Of a stretch of 64,000 bases of DNA, positions 61,698-64,000 are shown piece after piece (the first letter of the stretch is position 1; each line of letters begins with the position of its first letter). The stretch spans positions 132,263-196,262 of the forward strand of contig CAVRYJ010000044.1 in assembly GCA_963725425.1 (NCBI GenBank), given 5' to 3'. The notes below the pieces were generated by a model. It had not been told where the DNA came from and did not search any database. It saw only the letters and a list, made by a program, of their open reading frames with translations. The DNA is from an uncultured Clostridiaceae bacterium (GTDB lineage Bacteria; Bacillota; Clostridia; Clostridiales; Clostridiaceae). Position numbers and translations under genes: made by a program.

Positions 61698-62136
61698 CAG
61701 AGACTATCCAATAGTTATCAAAATAACAGAATAATTAAATATAAATAATGAGATATTTTAATTGATTAATATTTTGTATAAAAAGGAAAACATACTTTGT
61801 CATTAATGAAGTATCAACGAACATGAAAATTAATAAAGAGAGAATCTTCTGAAATGTCGATTCTCTCTTATCCTGTCTAAAATTTCCACCTAAATATTGT
61901 TAATGATAAATTGGTTACAGGTTCATAAAGTGGAACAATATGTGTTGCAGCATCGTTAAAGAAAATTGTATTTTTAACGATAACATTAATATGTTTATAC
62001 TTCTTTTGATGAAACTGTTATAAAAGTATTTGCAGTAAAAACAGAAATTCTTTTAATTACTATTAGTGATGATGTTTACACTGTCACACCAAGCTAATTA
62101 TATAATTAAAAAAATATAATAGGAGGATTCAAAATT

Positions 62137-63195
62137 ATGTTATCAAAGAAAGCTCTAGCAACGATTTCATTGGTTATTGCAATATCAGTAACTTTAGTTA
62201 CACCAGTATTTGCAGCAGATAGTGATATTTATCTTTTAAGTGATACTTCAAAGCCTGCTTTTACTAAAGCAGATACAGCTCATATTTCTACGCAAAGAAC
62301 AATAGGGTTAAATTCAGGGAACTATGGTTATGAATACAATGGGAAAATTTATAAATTTGATGATGTCTCAACTCTTTTTAATAAAGACGGAAAAAATTTC
62401 ACTCAAACTATGACAGATCTTCCAACTGCAGCAAATTCGGTACATGATGTAAGTACTGCTTTAAGCGTAAGTTCAATTAGTGCAACCAGCACTTCCACTG
62501 TTACCGTTACTTTCAACAACACAGTTGCGGCTACAGATGAAGTAGCATTGGCCTATACATTTAATGGAGTAGCAGTTCCAGCCAGTAATATAACATATTC
62601 AGGGACAACAGCTACATTAACTGGATTAACTTTAGTAAGCTCAACTGATGGAAAAACACCAGCTTATCAATTAGAAGTAAAGTCAGGAACTACTGAATTA
62701 GTTAATCAAAGTGTAGTTTTAAAAAACTCACTTATTGCTTCAGTGTCAGCTGTTCCAGATGTTTCTGTAGTTCAAAATGCACAACCTGTATTGCCTAGAA
62801 CTGTTAATGTCACATATAAAGACGGGTCTTCAGCAGCAGTTCCTGTTACTTGGGGTTCTGTTATTACAAGTACCGCAGGAATAAAAAAGGTAGTAGGCAA
62901 AATAAGTGGCACAGCATTAACTGCAACAATTAATGTTAATGTAACTGCCATAGATTATATTGATGATAGTGGTATTTCCATGGTCGACTATCCTACTTTG
63001 GGTATATATTTAGTAAATGTCCAGGTGGACAGTAGTGTAGCTAGTCTATCACTTAATGGTACGACCATGTATTATGAGGGGAATGATACTTTTCAATTAT
63101 CTACTGTACTAACAAAAGGTTCAACAGTAACATTTAATGCATATGATGCTACAGGAAAGCTATTAGTATCCAAGCCATATACAGTTCAGCAATAA
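62137..63195 (+). CDS. Secreted constant-N-module protein with Ig-like (Big_4-like) domains
   Basis: LPRTVNVTYKDGSSAAVPVTW. Confidence 0.85.
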   Translation: MLSKKALATISLVIAISVTLVTPVFAADSDIYLLSDTSKPAFTKADTAHISTQRTIGLNSGNYGYEYNGKIYKFDDVSTLFNKDGKNFTQTMTDLPTAANSVHDVSTALSVSSISATSTSTVTVTFNNTVAATDEVALAYTFNGVAVPASNITYSGTTATLTGLTLVSSTDGKTPAYQLEVKSGTTELVNQSVVLKNSLIASVSAVPDVSVVQNAQPVLPRTVNVTYKDGSSAAVPVTWGSVITSTAGIKKVVGKISGTALTATINVNVTAIDYIDDSGISMVDYPTLGIYLVNVQVDSSVASLSLNGTTMYYEGNDTFQLSTVLTKGSTVTFNAYDATGKLLVSKPYTVQQ

Positions 63196-63228
63196 TATAT
63201 TATCTACTAATGAGGGGGAATAACTAAA

Positions 63229-64000
63229 ATGAATTTCAATATCTTTAAAAAAACCAGGGTGAGTTCAAAATCATTTAATATGTTTTTTTTGTTTAGTATC
63301 TTTTTTTGTCTAGTATTTTGTTTTTAAAGACCACAGCATATGGTGCTGTACCTTATACATATACAGCTACGGTAAACAGCACAACTGCTGCATCTCAAGC
63401 TACAACAAATTCTGTAGACATAACCTTCGATTATCCTGTAACTAACATGTACACAACAGGAATAACAGTATATCAAACTAGCGGAACTGCATCAATGAAA
63501 ACACCTAAAATACTGACATATGCAATAGATTCGACTAATTCTAATGTTTTACACTTAACAATTGGAGCTTTAGATCCTACTGTTATAAGTTATGCCATAA
63601 AAATACAAAAGGGTGCATTAACATTTGGTTCTATTGGTAGCAATCCAGTATATACTCAATTAACGGATTTTATACTACCTTTTTCTTCAACGGATTTTGC
63701 AAGTGGATTTCAATCCGTATTTATGAATAATTCTGCAAACAATTTAAATACAAATATTTTAAATTACAATTCACCAAGCGACATAAATCTTTATGTACCT
63801 AAAACATATATAACTTCAATTCAGACTACACATAAAGCGAATGGGTTGATTACACCTACAACAACGTTGCCCACAACTTATCCTAAATTAACAAGTATTA
63901 CTATTAAGACTGATCCTTCTGTAATAAGATTAAAAGTTTCAGTTACTACTAGTCCTGCTAATACTACGTCTACTACAACTGGGACTACTGCTACAATAGC
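63229..64000 (+). CDS. Secreted beta-rich protein, partial, with frameshifts in 5' T-runs
   Basis: RBS GAGGGGG; signal-like start; open frame TTAYGAVPYTYTATVNS... continues to the window end. Confidence 0.55.

Noticed and set aside
60657-63195. Diversity-generating retroelement or retron driving surface variation
   Set aside because: No reverse transcriptase in the window and no template/variable repeat pair with adenine-specific mismatches was seen.

Overview
AT-rich Clostridium-like DNA that looks like part of a large plasmid, chromid or plasmid-derived region; no rRNA, tRNA or core housekeeping operons were seen. 1-17.9 kb: accessory modules (GntR with a deleted ABC ATPase gene, an Rpn nuclease, a LysR-linked cluster of three GH3 beta-glucosidases with a GtrA-like protein and a secreted esterase, TetR with a flavodoxin/ferredoxin gene, a DUF3888-like gene), separated by dispersed hairpin repeats. 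17.9-29 kb: four Rep_3-type initiator genes, each with its own iteron array, plus parA with a ribbon-helix-helix partner and an S53 peptidase. 29.6-37.6 kb: ChW-repeat S-layer-like gene, then a surface-protein gene followed by an ORF-less group II intron. The intron's EBS loop predicts a splice that removes the upstream stop codon and fuses a start-less downstream exon (C.te.I1-like); this is the strongest finding. 37.7-50.9 kb: island bracketed by ~730-bp non-coding direct repeats, with two tyrosine recombinases, a primase-helicase, DUF960, a HEPN/MNT pair and repeated palindromic sites. 51-55.4 kb: split Rpn and a REP-flanked Y1 transposase (RAYT)-comM-dprA operon. 56-64 kb: array of secreted proteins sharing one constant N-terminal module with swapped C-termini. 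Many genes carry single-base indels in homopolymer runs, probably assembly errors. All family assignments come from motif recognition by eye; no database searches were run.
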